From the IMG/VR virus record IMGVR_UViG_3300040971_000038, positions 1 through 29,149 of that record: DNA of 29,149 bases; one strand, 5' to 3'. Source of the stretch: a virus. Lineage: Duplodnaviria > Caudoviricetes. The notes under the pieces were generated by a model that saw only the letters and a program-made list of their open reading frames with translations, did not search any database and was not told the origin of the DNA. The position numbers were made by a program, and so were the translations under genes. Positions 9,248-17,888 of the stretch are shown piece after piece; position 1 is the stretch's first letter, and every line of letters starts with the position of its first letter.

Positions 9248-10155
9248 AACACGTCCTCCATATCCTTCACTATTAAAATTTGAGTGGTATTTCCGGCCAA
9301 AGCGTTTGTAGCGTTAGCTGTGGGGGTTACTAGCAAAATGTTCGTTGTAAGGATTTGATTCAACAAAGCCGCCGTAATCTCCCCGCCACTCACGTTAATC
9401 TCAAGAATCGCCGCCAAAAGGTCCGCATCTATAATGGGAATTACGGGTTCCTTGCTAACTTTGGCCCTGGCTAGAATTTCAACCAGCCCGAACGCGCCCT
9501 TGTTCCCTTCTGCGTCAACCCCGCAATCGGCCCCAATAAATAGGCCGCCCAAAATCGCCTTATAGCCCGCGCAACCCAAAGTCGCAGAAGCCGCCAGAAC
9601 CGGGGCTTCTGTAATTCCTTTCTTTCCAGAAGCCGTCAAAGAGGCTACGCCTGGAAGGGCCAAAGTAAACGAGGAAGAAACGGTTTTAAAGCCGCTAACA
9701 GAAACCCCGGCAGAAGCCGCTACATGGGCCGTTCCTGTTTTGCCTTCCGTCACTACGCCTTCAACATAAATAGAAGCGCGGCCAGTAACGCCTACCGAAA
9801 CCTGAATCTTTTTTATGCCCGCTACAACCAACGACGCAGCAAGGGTGCTAGAAATCGAACTCCCGGCCCCTTTCTTCCCGGCTGTTGCGAGGCTTGCGGT
9901 AGCACCACAAGAAACAGTACGAGAAACGGACTTTGTGCCGACTACCGACAACGCCGCAGATACCGAATCCGCCGCGCTTCGTGTAACCGCCTTTTTCCCA
10001 GATACGGCTATTGACGCTGACGCGGATACGTGCGCCGTACCTACGACAGCGGGTGAGCCCGACTCCAGCTCAAAAGCAATCGCGCTTGAAGCTGGAGGCG
10101 TAAACGCTTTAAGGCTGAACGCAATATTATTTGAGGGGGGTGGGGTGTACGCCAT
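9244..10155 (-). CDS. Repetitive Ala/Ser/Gly-rich fibre-like virion protein
   Basis: About nine ~20-aa repeats ending in an (S/A)(A/G)h.h.G.K pattern. Confidence 0.6.
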   Translation of the reverse strand: MAYTPPPSNNIAFSLKAFTPPASSAIAFELESGSPAVVGTAHVSASASIAVSGKKAVTRSAADSVSAALSVVGTKSVSRTVSCGATASLATAGKKGAGSSISSTLAASLVVAGIKKIQVSVGVTGRASIYVEGVVTEGKTGTAHVAASAGVSVSGFKTVSSSFTLALPGVASLTASGKKGITEAPVLAASATLGCAGYKAILGGLFIGADCGVDAEGNKGAFGLVEILARAKVSKEPVIPIIDADLLAAILEINVSGGEITAALLNQILTTNILLVTPTANATNALAGNTTQILIVKDMEDVL

Positions 10156-10779
10156 TTATACCTTCTCGATGAAGGGTTTGCCCTCGTCAGTGTATTTTGT
10201 ACCGCCGTTTTCATGTTGGACGAATACCGCCGCCTTCACGCCACTAGCCAAAGTCTTGGAGAATGTTCCAGGAGCGCCCGTGATCAAAGTCTCTACTTCT
10301 GGAGAAGGCATAGCGTTGTCAGAAGCGGTCACCAACAAAACCTTTGCACCGTTGACGGGACTGCCAGACAGGCCGACGGAACCACCAACGACATAGCCCG
10401 CGTCAATGCGATCCTCTTCCCAAGCTATCTCAAAGAACGCCGCTCCGCCCGTAGGGAGGGCCGCTTGCTGTTCGATGATGAGGGCTTCCCCTATGTTGAG
10501 CACAAAATCGCGGCCCAACGATAATTTGGAAACACAAGAGTTATCCCATGAAATGGCTTGCTCTACGGCGCTGGCTTGTCTATTCGTAAATTGCTCCCAT
10601 ACGGGACCGCTTCGATTTGCCGCTGTTATGATTGTATCTGGCCCGCCGAACGCGCCGGGATCAAACAGAACCTTTATGCCGGGGTCCGGGTCGTTAATTG
10701 TTGTGTCCCATGCCGGCCTTGCCTTTATTTCCGCGCTGCCTACGCACCAATGATTTCGCAAGGCGCAGCACCTCCGCAT
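10156..10779 (-). CDS. Virion accessory protein, 5' end uncertain (possibly truncated or frameshifted)
   Basis: The body looks protein-like and ends in a prealbumin/CarboxypepD-like segment (GGSVGLSGSPVNGAKVLLV). The first ~13 codons (MRRCCALRNHWC) look non-coding and there is no RBS. Confidence 0.55.
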   Translation of the reverse strand: MRRCCALRNHWCVGSAEIKARPAWDTTINDPDPGIKVLFDPGAFGGPDTIITAANRSGPVWEQFTNRQASAVEQAISWDNSCVSKLSLGRDFVLNIGEALIIEQQAALPTGGAAFFEIAWEEDRIDAGYVVGGSVGLSGSPVNGAKVLLVTASDNAMPSPEVETLITGAPGTFSKTLASGVKAAVFVQHENGGTKYTDEGKPFIEKV

Positions 10780-10855
10780 CGGAAGCGAACCTACAACTCA
10801 CCGCCTTCGCCGCGTCCCATATTTCATCAGGAATATACGAAGGTTTTCCAGACAC
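10694..10855 (-). CDS. Small hypothetical protein (53 aa), overlapping the start of the next ORF in another frame
   Basis: GTG start; (M)SGKPSYIPDEIWDAAKAVSCRFASDAEVLRLAKSLVRRQRGNKGKAGMGHNN; weak RBS. Confidence 0.35.
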   Translation of the reverse strand: MSGKPSYIPDEIWDAAKAVSCRFASDAEVLRLAKSLVRRQRGNKGKAGMGHNN

Positions 10856-10880
10856 GCTTCATTCCGCCCTAATCAGTAAT

Positions 10881-10920
10881 AAAAAATGGACCCGTTGCGA
10901 AAAACAAACGAATCCATTTT
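10881..10920 (-). terminator. Intrinsic terminator after the capsid-associated genes
   Basis: AAAATGGATTCGTT-loop-AACGGGTCCATTTT stem (two G-U pairs) running into a T tract. Confidence 0.65.
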
Positions 10921-10947
10921 GGTGGTTGAAAGGAAACGCGCCTTACG

Positions 10948-11343
10948 TTACTTTGTGCGCCCTCTTCCGGGTTTCGCCGGGGCCGCTTTCTGCGCCTCTT
11001 CCTTTTTCTCCGGGGCCATCTGCGGGTTTTCCGTAGACACCGGAGGCGTCCAAGAGAAATCGCCGCTCTTCACGCACTCTTTGGCGTCAACGGCCCACAT
11101 GGAAAACCGCTTGCCCTTCTTGTCGTACACGAAGAATCTGTCTGTGCCGTCGCGTTCCACGCTTACACCGGAACTAACGACAACAGGAGCGACAGGCTGA
11201 AGACCAAGAGCATCCGCAAGGGACTCATCCGGACGCTCAAAAAAATACTGACCCGACTCCACCGCTTTTTCGGCAGCTTCTTGGCTGGGGGCCAGAAACT
11301 CGTTTCCCGCGTGATCATATACTTTAACCTGTTCCATATACAC
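10948..11343 (-). CDS. Capsid-region hypothetical protein with an internal duplication
   Basis: Two copies of VYD..G..F......A...V.SG.(Y/F)....P; basic low-complexity tail. Confidence 0.75.
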   Translation of the reverse strand: MYMEQVKVYDHAGNEFLAPSQEAAEKAVESGQYFFERPDESLADALGLQPVAPVVVSSGVSVERDGTDRFFVYDKKGKRFSMWAVDAKECVKSGDFSWTPPVSTENPQMAPEKKEEAQKAAPAKPGRGRTK

Positions 11344-11352
11344 TCTCCCTTT

Positions 11353-11379
11353 AAAACTAGGGGGCCGCTTGGCCCCCTA
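11353..11379 (-). terminator. Intrinsic terminator after the decoration protein gene
   Basis: Perfect 9-bp stem TAGGGGGCC-AAGC-GGCCCCCTA followed by GTTTT. Confidence 0.7.
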
Positions 11380-11399
11380 AGTAGATTGGTTTCCGATGT

Positions 11400-11867
11400 T
11401 TACTTCATCGGGACAGCGTACGCGCTGTAGTTGATACCCGTGGCGATGGTTCCCACAACTACCGTATACACGCGAGCATAACGATATAGCACGCCATCGT
11501 GCTCGTTATCGAAATACATCTTGTAACGACCGGGGGTGGACGTTGCGCCCAGAAGCAGCGGGGTAGCGAAGCCCAATTCCAACATAACCGCCGTAACGCT
11601 CGTGGCGTCATCGGCAAAGGCCGGATCGGTGGACAGCTGTACGCAAATTGTGTATTTTTCGTCGGTAGCGGCCTCAATAGCCGACACGTCAACGATCATA
11701 CAACCCTGGAAAAGGCCCGTGCCCATATCCACGACCTTCGCGGACCCGCCTACCTGCGCTGCGGCGGAAGCGGCCACAAGACCGGCATCCTTAAAGCTCA
11801 TCAGCGCGTCGAACTGCCCGGCTTTAACAAAAGGGGCCAAGCGTGCGCCCTTAACAGATTCTGCCAT
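11400..11867 (-). CDS. Capsid decoration / cement protein (putative)
   Basis: Directly after the MCP; KDAGLVAASAA...YRYARVYTVVVGTIATGINYSAY beta-rich family; RBS GGAGG. Confidence 0.7.
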   Translation of the reverse strand: MAESVKGARLAPFVKAGQFDALMSFKDAGLVAASAAAQVGGSAKVVDMGTGLFQGCMIVDVSAIEAATDEKYTICVQLSTDPAFADDATSVTAVMLELGFATPLLLGATSTPGRYKMYFDNEHDGVLYRYARVYTVVVGTIATGINYSAYAVPMK

Positions 11868-11900
11868 ATGAATTACCTCCAGAAAGGGGTCAAAAAAGGA

Positions 11901-12827
11901 TTACTTTACCACAGCGGCGTTCTTGATGCCCCACAAACGAGCAGCGGCACGACCATGATAAATGGACAGGCCAGCGTACCATTCAACACGAGTACGGAAC
12001 GCGGGTTTGGCTTCCAGTTCGCCCAGGTCGCGTGCGTCGATTCCGCCATTTTCAATACCAGTCAGCATACCTTCCGCGAAGCTGACGCAGTAGATGGAAC
12101 TTCCGGTGTTGGTGCCGCCCGCAGGGCACGCTTCATTGAAGGACAGAATTTGCATATCCGTGTTGTCGTTTTCGACGATCAGGATGGGCAGGTCGGCGTA
12201 CTGGTACACCTGGCGACCAAATTCGTCCTTGGTCGTGGTAATGAACCCGCCGACAGTCGTATCACGAGCGGCCTGGGTGAGCAGACGGCGCATGGTCTTG
12301 TTCATGATCAGGTGGGTCGGGTTCTGAACCTGGTCAATCAGTTCGTCCAGCTTCACGAGGGACAGGGCATCGCCGTTGGCCGTATTACCGGCAGCGATCA
12401 GCTGGTTGCCGGTGACGCGAGTCTGAAGACCGTCGATCACGCGGGGGTTGGTGGTGGAGTCGCCCTTGATGAACTGAAGAGTCCAGTTCAGCGCGAGGGC
12501 CTTGACCTTCATGGCTTCCTGAACCGAGCGCTGGTCCATGCCCATGGTGTCGATGATGAACTTGTCCACGTCGAGATCGCCGCCAGCAATGGACAGCGTT
12601 TCGGTGATGGGGTTCAAGATGCCGGTGCTTTCGGTGTAGCCTTCGTTGATTCCGCGAAAGCCGATGCCGGGCAGGGTTTCTTCCCGATTGTACCGCAGGG
12701 CATTGCCAGGGATAGATTCAAACGGAAGAACGCGCAAGACTTCCGAAGAGGAAGCGTACAGTTCGATGATAGCCTGGCGGACCAGATCATCCGTCCGTTT
12801 TGCGGCCTCAATAAGGGTAAGTGCCAT
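11901..12827 (-). CDS. Major capsid protein (HK97 fold)
   Basis: 308 aa; MALTLIEAAK, LPFESIPGNALRYNREETLPGIGFRGINE, RTRVEWYAGL...AAARLWGI motifs; strong codon bias; RBS AGGAGG. Confidence 0.93.
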   Translation of the reverse strand: MALTLIEAAKRTDDLVRQAIIELYASSSEVLRVLPFESIPGNALRYNREETLPGIGFRGINEGYTESTGILNPITETLSIAGGDLDVDKFIIDTMGMDQRSVQEAMKVKALALNWTLQFIKGDSTTNPRVIDGLQTRVTGNQLIAAGNTANGDALSLVKLDELIDQVQNPTHLIMNKTMRRLLTQAARDTTVGGFITTTKDEFGRQVYQYADLPILIVENDNTDMQILSFNEACPAGGTNTGSSIYCVSFAEGMLTGIENGGIDARDLGELEAKPAFRTRVEWYAGLSIYHGRAAARLWGIKNAAVVK

Positions 12828-12860
12828 AGTTGTTTTCCTCCTGCCCGGCTAGGCTTCCAA

Positions 12861-13601
12861 TTAAGCCGACTGCCTGGACATTTTAAGTTTTTCTGTTGGG
12901 GACAAATGCGCATCGCCTGTCGGACTCTTGGGACGCCTTGGCGGGTTGGGTCCGCCCGTAGAAGGCTCAAAAAGGTGGGGGGCCTCTCCCATCAGACCGT
13001 CTGCCCATTCAACCATCGTAATGGGGGCTTTCCCGTCCTTTCCGAAAATCTTGGAACCGTCAGAAGCCAGGGCAATGGGATTTCCATTTTCGTCCAGCTT
13101 CCATGTCTGCTTTCCGCGTGAAGTAATATCCTGAAGAGCCGATTTCCTGGGAACTCCCACTTCCATCGCCGCCGCTACCAGGCCCTGTTCGATAAGGTGC
13201 TTTTCCAGTCGTTGGGACAGCGTCTTGATGACGTTTTCCTTTTCTTCTGTAGCGCCTTTAAGGGCCTTCACCTGGGAATCGAAGTCCATGCGCATTCTTT
13301 CGGTACGGCGGGTGACGAGTTCGTCAACTTTGCCGGCATCCAAAAGGTCTTTGTCGCCCAGTTCTTCGATCTTTCTCAGCGCTTCCCGCGCCTTCTCCGG
13401 GTCCAGGTCTTTGTACTTGGTGTATTCGGTTTTGAGCGTTTTGAGTTCTTCACGAACCGCCGTCAGGCTGTTCTTCAATCCGGTAACATCTTCGACGCCT
13501 TCCGCATCCAGCTTAAAGCCGCCATTACCGTCTTCCACATAAAGTTCACGATACGGTTCCGAAACCTCATCCAGAGATTTCACAAAAGCCTTCACCTTCA
13601 T
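12861..13601 (-). CDS. Capsid scaffolding protein
   Basis: Coiled coil; EDVTGLKNSL, DLDPEKAREAL and C-terminal APHLFEPSTGG motifs; directly upstream of the MCP. Confidence 0.85.
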   Translation of the reverse strand: MKVKAFVKSLDEVSEPYRELYVEDGNGGFKLDAEGVEDVTGLKNSLTAVREELKTLKTEYTKYKDLDPEKAREALRKIEELGDKDLLDAGKVDELVTRRTERMRMDFDSQVKALKGATEEKENVIKTLSQRLEKHLIEQGLVAAAMEVGVPRKSALQDITSRGKQTWKLDENGNPIALASDGSKIFGKDGKAPITMVEWADGLMGEAPHLFEPSTGGPNPPRRPKSPTGDAHLSPTEKLKMSRQSA

Positions 13602-13685
13602 AGACCCTCCCGGCCTGCTTGCGGGCCACCAGCCCGACGTTAAATAAAATAAAACAGTCCTGCCAGTTCAGCAGTAGTAGACTTC

Positions 13686-13714
13686 ATAATATAGAAAAAT
13701 CAGATGGTCGTCAA
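13686..13714 (-). promoter_or_regulatory. Sigma70-type promoter for the scaffold/capsid genes
   Basis: TTGACG-17 bp-TATTAT. Confidence 0.65.
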
Positions 13715-14850
13715 TCTTCCATACCGTACTTTCTTTTTAAAGATGCCACAGAAAGTGGGCGTCCGCGCTGGTCTACCAAATCCGTAAATGATAGACCTTT
13801 TTCCTTCCAAACGTCCCAACGCCGCTTCCCCAGAATATCCTTCTGACGGCTTTCGGAGAGTCGCCCGAACCAATCCCCATAAGTAGTAGACGCAGGAACA
13901 GCCCCGTCCATAGAGGGGCGCTTTCCGCCTTTAACGAAATCATCATAAATCTCATCTATCTTTGGGCTGAACCCTAATTCCGCCCACGACTTCGTAACAG
14001 GCACCAACGTAGAACGGCAGTTCCAATGTGCCGGGGGACCGCCTAGAAAAGACTGGTTATGGCCGATAGGCTTACCTTCTATGGTGTACAACTTACCGTC
14101 CCGCGCCCTACACAATGGAGTAGTTCGGTCATCGAGAGTAGCGTGCCACATCATCCCTTTCATTACATCTTCATGTTGGTGTATGATGCGCATACGCACG
14201 TCTTCCGCTACGGTTTGGACAGAAGTTCTAGCTAGGGCTTCCGCTTGCCGTATGGCCACTGAAGACACCCCGCCCGAATAGTATGGCGTGGTTTTAAGGT
14301 TTCCTTCCGTTCCTCTGTACTGTACCTTGCGGCTTGTGGACAGGCCCCGGACCCGTTCCGTCAATTGCTTTACGGACTCGCCTTGAAGGTAGCCCATCCG
14401 CATTTCTCTGGTAAACCGCTGCTGGAAGGATTGTTTCTGCGTCTTCCACCACTCCGAAGACGGGGCACCCTCTATGAGTACGTTGGACGATATTGCCAAA
14501 AGCTGTTCTTCTGTTAGCGATATGGACGGAAAGGTTGCGCCCAGGCCCTTCTTTAGAACGCTGTTGAAAAAGGCCACTTCCGCCCCGGCTACGGAAAGCA
14601 GAGCGGAAGAATGGCTGGCCTCTATGCTACTATATGTGGACGCTGTTTGAGCCCTGGCCTGTACCAGTAACGCCTCCATGCGTCGTTTGGTTCGCGCCCC
14701 TATCGTTTCCGACGCCAGCCCTTCCATAAGGGACTTCTCCAGCTCAAGGAGAAGTCCCGTGATCGTAAGGCGCATATCCTCAGACACCCGCATCAAGTCT
14801 ACCGTATGGGCAATAAAAACGTCCATAAGATAGATATTAACAGAGGCCAT
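13711..14850 (-). CDS. Minor head protein (SPP1 gp7 / Mu F-like)
   Basis: WHATLDDRTTPLCRARDG and PPAHWNCRSTLVP motifs; follows the portal. Confidence 0.92.
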   Translation of the reverse strand: MASVNIYLMDVFIAHTVDLMRVSEDMRLTITGLLLELEKSLMEGLASETIGARTKRRMEALLVQARAQTASTYSSIEASHSSALLSVAGAEVAFFNSVLKKGLGATFPSISLTEEQLLAISSNVLIEGAPSSEWWKTQKQSFQQRFTREMRMGYLQGESVKQLTERVRGLSTSRKVQYRGTEGNLKTTPYYSGGVSSVAIRQAEALARTSVQTVAEDVRMRIIHQHEDVMKGMMWHATLDDRTTPLCRARDGKLYTIEGKPIGHNQSFLGGPPAHWNCRSTLVPVTKSWAELGFSPKIDEIYDDFVKGGKRPSMDGAVPASTTYGDWFGRLSESRQKDILGKRRWDVWKEKGLSFTDLVDQRGRPLSVASLKRKYGMED

Positions 14851-14853
14851 GGA

Positions 14854-16242
14854 CTATACCTCCGGAGTCAACGACAATTCCGCATCCCCGGTGTCCCCAG
14901 TATCCTCATCCTCGTTCATATCCAAAGGAAATGGGGTCCCATCGAGAATCGCCTGTTTTTCCTCTTCCGCCGTCCGACCTTCGGGGATGAGTTCGCCCCG
15001 CGCCAGGTTGTAGAACAGCGTATCGAAAGACATAAGCCCAGAGGATACGAGCTTGTTCAGGGCTACGATGGTGTTGGCGTCGAGTACGATGTCCACGAAA
15101 TCCATATTCAGTGTGAATTCCAACTCTTCTTCAAGAGTGCCGCCCATCCACCAGTTCAGGAAATGAAGAGCCGCTACCATTGTAGCGTTGTGGGCTACAA
15201 TCATCTTGGTAAGCACCGAAACTTCGCCTGTGCGCTTTAACAGGACCGCCTGTGCGGTTTCTACCCCGGCCCTGGATGGCTCAAGAAGGCGCGTACCCAT
15301 AAGGACCATTTCCAAGCGAATGTCTTCATACCGCTGCTTGTTGGGATTTACGCCGTGGCCGTGCGACTCGCAAAAGCCGATCCTGGCGTCAGTGGACGCG
15401 ATACCTACCGCCTTGGAAGAACCCAAAACGATCTTGTCCACTTCGGACTGATCCGCCCCGATTACATACAAGAAAGGGTTTCCTGTGAAGTACAGAGAGT
15501 TGGCGTAGTCTGCGCCCACACGAAGCAGTTCCACGTTCTTCTTAACCAAGTCCAACATCGGCGGCTTTTCGACTTCGGGCTTGCTGTGGGTTACGTTACA
15601 GAAGAAAAAGGGAATCTGGGTGAGCGGACGGCCAGCCCTGGTTAGCACCGCAGCCTCTTTCGCCAAGCCCATAGTAGTTTCGTGGATCGTTACTTCTACC
15701 ACGCCGTCTTCGTTGATTCGCAGTTCCCGGTAGCGCGTAACTTCCTTGATGGTGAACCTATCTTCCTCCACTTCTTCGATCTCCCGAAGAACCAAGAGAG
15801 ACATGTCGTTTTTCCAGTTAATGATGTCTTCGGCGGGGTACTTGCGAAGGAAGTGTCGCCCGTCTTTGGACACGTCCACTAGAACGCCAAAACGGCCCAC
15901 TTGAAACTGGTCGTCTAGGCACTGCTTGCTAAAGGAGCGAAGGCCGTTGCCTTCGTAATCTATATCATCCTTGATCGCCTCAATGCGGGCCGGAAGCGTA
16001 ATTGTGGGCGCTTTCCGAATAATAACGCCAGACAATCCCTCTTTGGTAAGTTCGGCCCCGTTGAAAAAGAAAGCCCTGGCCACGTACGCGGCATAGTCCG
16101 TGTCCTTCGCCATCCCGGTAGGACGGGGAATGTATTCTTTGGCTTGGTTCTTTACACGTTCTTCCCCCTCAAAGAAATCCCGACATACGCCCCACTGCCT
16201 TTTGCGGCTCTTGTACTGTTTGTGTTCGTTGTTTACAGGCAT
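14854..16242 (-). CDS. Portal protein (DUF4055-like)
   Basis: 462 aa; YAAYVARAFFFN, GRFGVLVD, YPAEDIINW, KPPMLDL, ETAQAV motifs; position after terL. Confidence 0.9.
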   Translation of the reverse strand: MPVNNEHKQYKSRKRQWGVCRDFFEGEERVKNQAKEYIPRPTGMAKDTDYAAYVARAFFFNGAELTKEGLSGVIIRKAPTITLPARIEAIKDDIDYEGNGLRSFSKQCLDDQFQVGRFGVLVDVSKDGRHFLRKYPAEDIINWKNDMSLLVLREIEEVEEDRFTIKEVTRYRELRINEDGVVEVTIHETTMGLAKEAAVLTRAGRPLTQIPFFFCNVTHSKPEVEKPPMLDLVKKNVELLRVGADYANSLYFTGNPFLYVIGADQSEVDKIVLGSSKAVGIASTDARIGFCESHGHGVNPNKQRYEDIRLEMVLMGTRLLEPSRAGVETAQAVLLKRTGEVSVLTKMIVAHNATMVAALHFLNWWMGGTLEEELEFTLNMDFVDIVLDANTIVALNKLVSSGLMSFDTLFYNLARGELIPEGRTAEEEKQAILDGTPFPLDMNEDEDTGDTGDAELSLTPEV

Positions 16243-16253
16243 TTCCGTTGCTC

Positions 16254-16475
16254 CTACTTTTTAACCGGACGGGACAGAAGCCCACCACGCGGGTTATTGG
16301 CGTTTTTGGCTACCTTGAGGAACGCCTGTTTTTCCTCTTCCAGCTTCTTGACTTGTACGTCAATCTTGGACGTTGCCGCAGACATTCTTCTGGGGTCCGA
16401 TTTGATCCGTTCCGCTTCCGCCAGGGTTCGGGCATCCGATTCGGCTTGCCATTCTTTCTCATCAAACGCAGGCAT
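16254..16475 (-). CDS. Small hypothetical protein between terL and portal
   Basis: 73 aa; EWQAESDARTLAEAERIKSDPRRM; RBS AGGAGG. Confidence 0.75.
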   Translation of the reverse strand: MPAFDEKEWQAESDARTLAEAERIKSDPRRMSAATSKIDVQVKKLEEEKQAFLKVAKNANNPRGGLLSRPVKK

Positions 16476-16484
16476 GGTTTCCTC

Positions 16485-17888
16485 CTAGTATCTGTTCAAA
16501 AGTTCAATATCGTAAATAACACGATTCCTGACAGGAAATTCCGCTTCCACGTAGTAGCCCAAAGCGTCCGTCCAGTGGGTAAGGGATGGATCAGACTTCT
16601 TGTCAAGCTCCCCTGCGCCGCCTTCCAAAACACGAACACCTTCAAAGTCTTTTACCACATCAGGGCACTTATGCGGATCCACCATCAAGCGTACTACGCC
16701 GGACTGGCTACGGCAACGACTATTTACCGCATTCACCCTGGCCCTTTCTGCCGGATTGGAAGAGCCCACTTTTATCCGCAGGGAGTCTCCGAACTTGGCG
16801 TGTAGCATCTGTTTAATGATTTCCCAGTCGGACCCCGTCACCTTCGCCGTACCGCCAGCGCCGCCCGTAGCGTCGCCGTACACATAAACCATTCCAGAAT
16901 GGTTTCCCCAATCCTTTAAAAGCCGCCGAACTACAGCCGGGGTGTTGGAGTTCCTGGGAATGTTTACCTGCCCGATGACTCCGGTTCCGAATACGGCGTG
17001 TTTCTGTAAAACCTTCGACCCTTCTGGGGCACGCCACTCGTATTGACCGGGAAGGTACTGCTCTTGACAAACAACCGCCACGCCGGGGGCAATGTTAAAG
17101 TCAAAACAGAATATCAACGGCTCTTTGGGGTCATAGCGAAGGTTTTTGGAACAGTTGTAGCGATCCTCAAAGGAGTAATATGCGCGGCCAGAGAAGTGAA
17201 CGAAGTCCGCTTCATATTCCTGCTGGAACGTCAATGGGTCCAAGTCCTGCTTGGCCATTTCTATTTCTTCGGGGGGAAGAATATCAATAGACTTCCAGTG
17301 AAAGCTGCCCCAAATACCCGTAGTGTCGGCCCTGGCCTTCAGGTCCATCTCATAGTAGTGGTTTCGGCCTTCCGGAACACCTATGAGCCAGCACCAGCCC
17401 CGTCTGTCCGAAAGGGCTGGGCGCACGTTCGCGCCCCACGCCTGGGGCTTCATATTGGCATATTCGTCTAGCACCCCGCCGTCCCACGGGGAACCTTCTA
17501 TGCGCTCCGGTTTGTCCATACCGATTACGTGGACTTCCACCCGCTGGCTCTTCCACTTCAGGTATATTTTGAGGTCCGACTCCGAAGGGCGCTTTTCCAT
17601 TAACTTCGGCGGGAACATGGTCTTGAGATCGTTCCAGTAAATACGCTTGGCCTGATCTCGTACAGGCGCAGCCGCGAAGTAATACCGGGTGTCCCATATC
17701 TTGTGAGGGCGAACCAAGGACTTATAGGCTTCACGAACAATCTTTCGCTTCGCCAATTCCGTCTTTCCTGAACGACGCCCAGCGGGAACCGTTGTGAACC
17801 TACAAGGGGTTGTCCACAAGGCTTGCTGGATCGGGTGCGGACGTAAGGGATACATCCGCTTTGTGATAGCGAATGGATTATTCAGCAT
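16485..17888 (-). CDS. terL: Terminase large subunit
   Basis: Walker A AGRRSGKT, Walker B GVLDE, FQQEYEADF, nuclease DFN...GDATG...HWTDALGY. Confidence 0.96.
   Translation of the reverse strand: MLNNPFAITKRMYPLRPHPIQQALWTTPCRFTTVPAGRRSGKTELAKRKIVREAYKSLVRPHKIWDTRYYFAAAPVRDQAKRIYWNDLKTMFPPKLMEKRPSESDLKIYLKWKSQRVEVHVIGMDKPERIEGSPWDGGVLDEYANMKPQAWGANVRPALSDRRGWCWLIGVPEGRNHYYEMDLKARADTTGIWGSFHWKSIDILPPEEIEMAKQDLDPLTFQQEYEADFVHFSGRAYYSFEDRYNCSKNLRYDPKEPLIFCFDFNIAPGVAVVCQEQYLPGQYEWRAPEGSKVLQKHAVFGTGVIGQVNIPRNSNTPAVVRRLLKDWGNHSGMVYVYGDATGGAGGTAKVTGSDWEIIKQMLHAKFGDSLRIKVGSSNPAERARVNAVNSRCRSQSGVVRLMVDPHKCPDVVKDFEGVRVLEGGAGELDKKSDPSLTHWTDALGYYVEAEFPVRNRVIYDIELLNRY

Noticed and set aside
10779-10865. 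Stop-codon reassignment or TGA read-through to extend the 207-aa ORF
   Set aside because: All three stops terminate well-coupled genes elsewhere in the window, and read-through gives no convincing protein
11499-13121. 540-aa plus-strand ORF, and similar ones at 5462-6637, 1608-2411 and 2871-3719
   Set aside because: These are antisense shadows of strongly codon-biased structural genes, with no RBS and no protein-like composition
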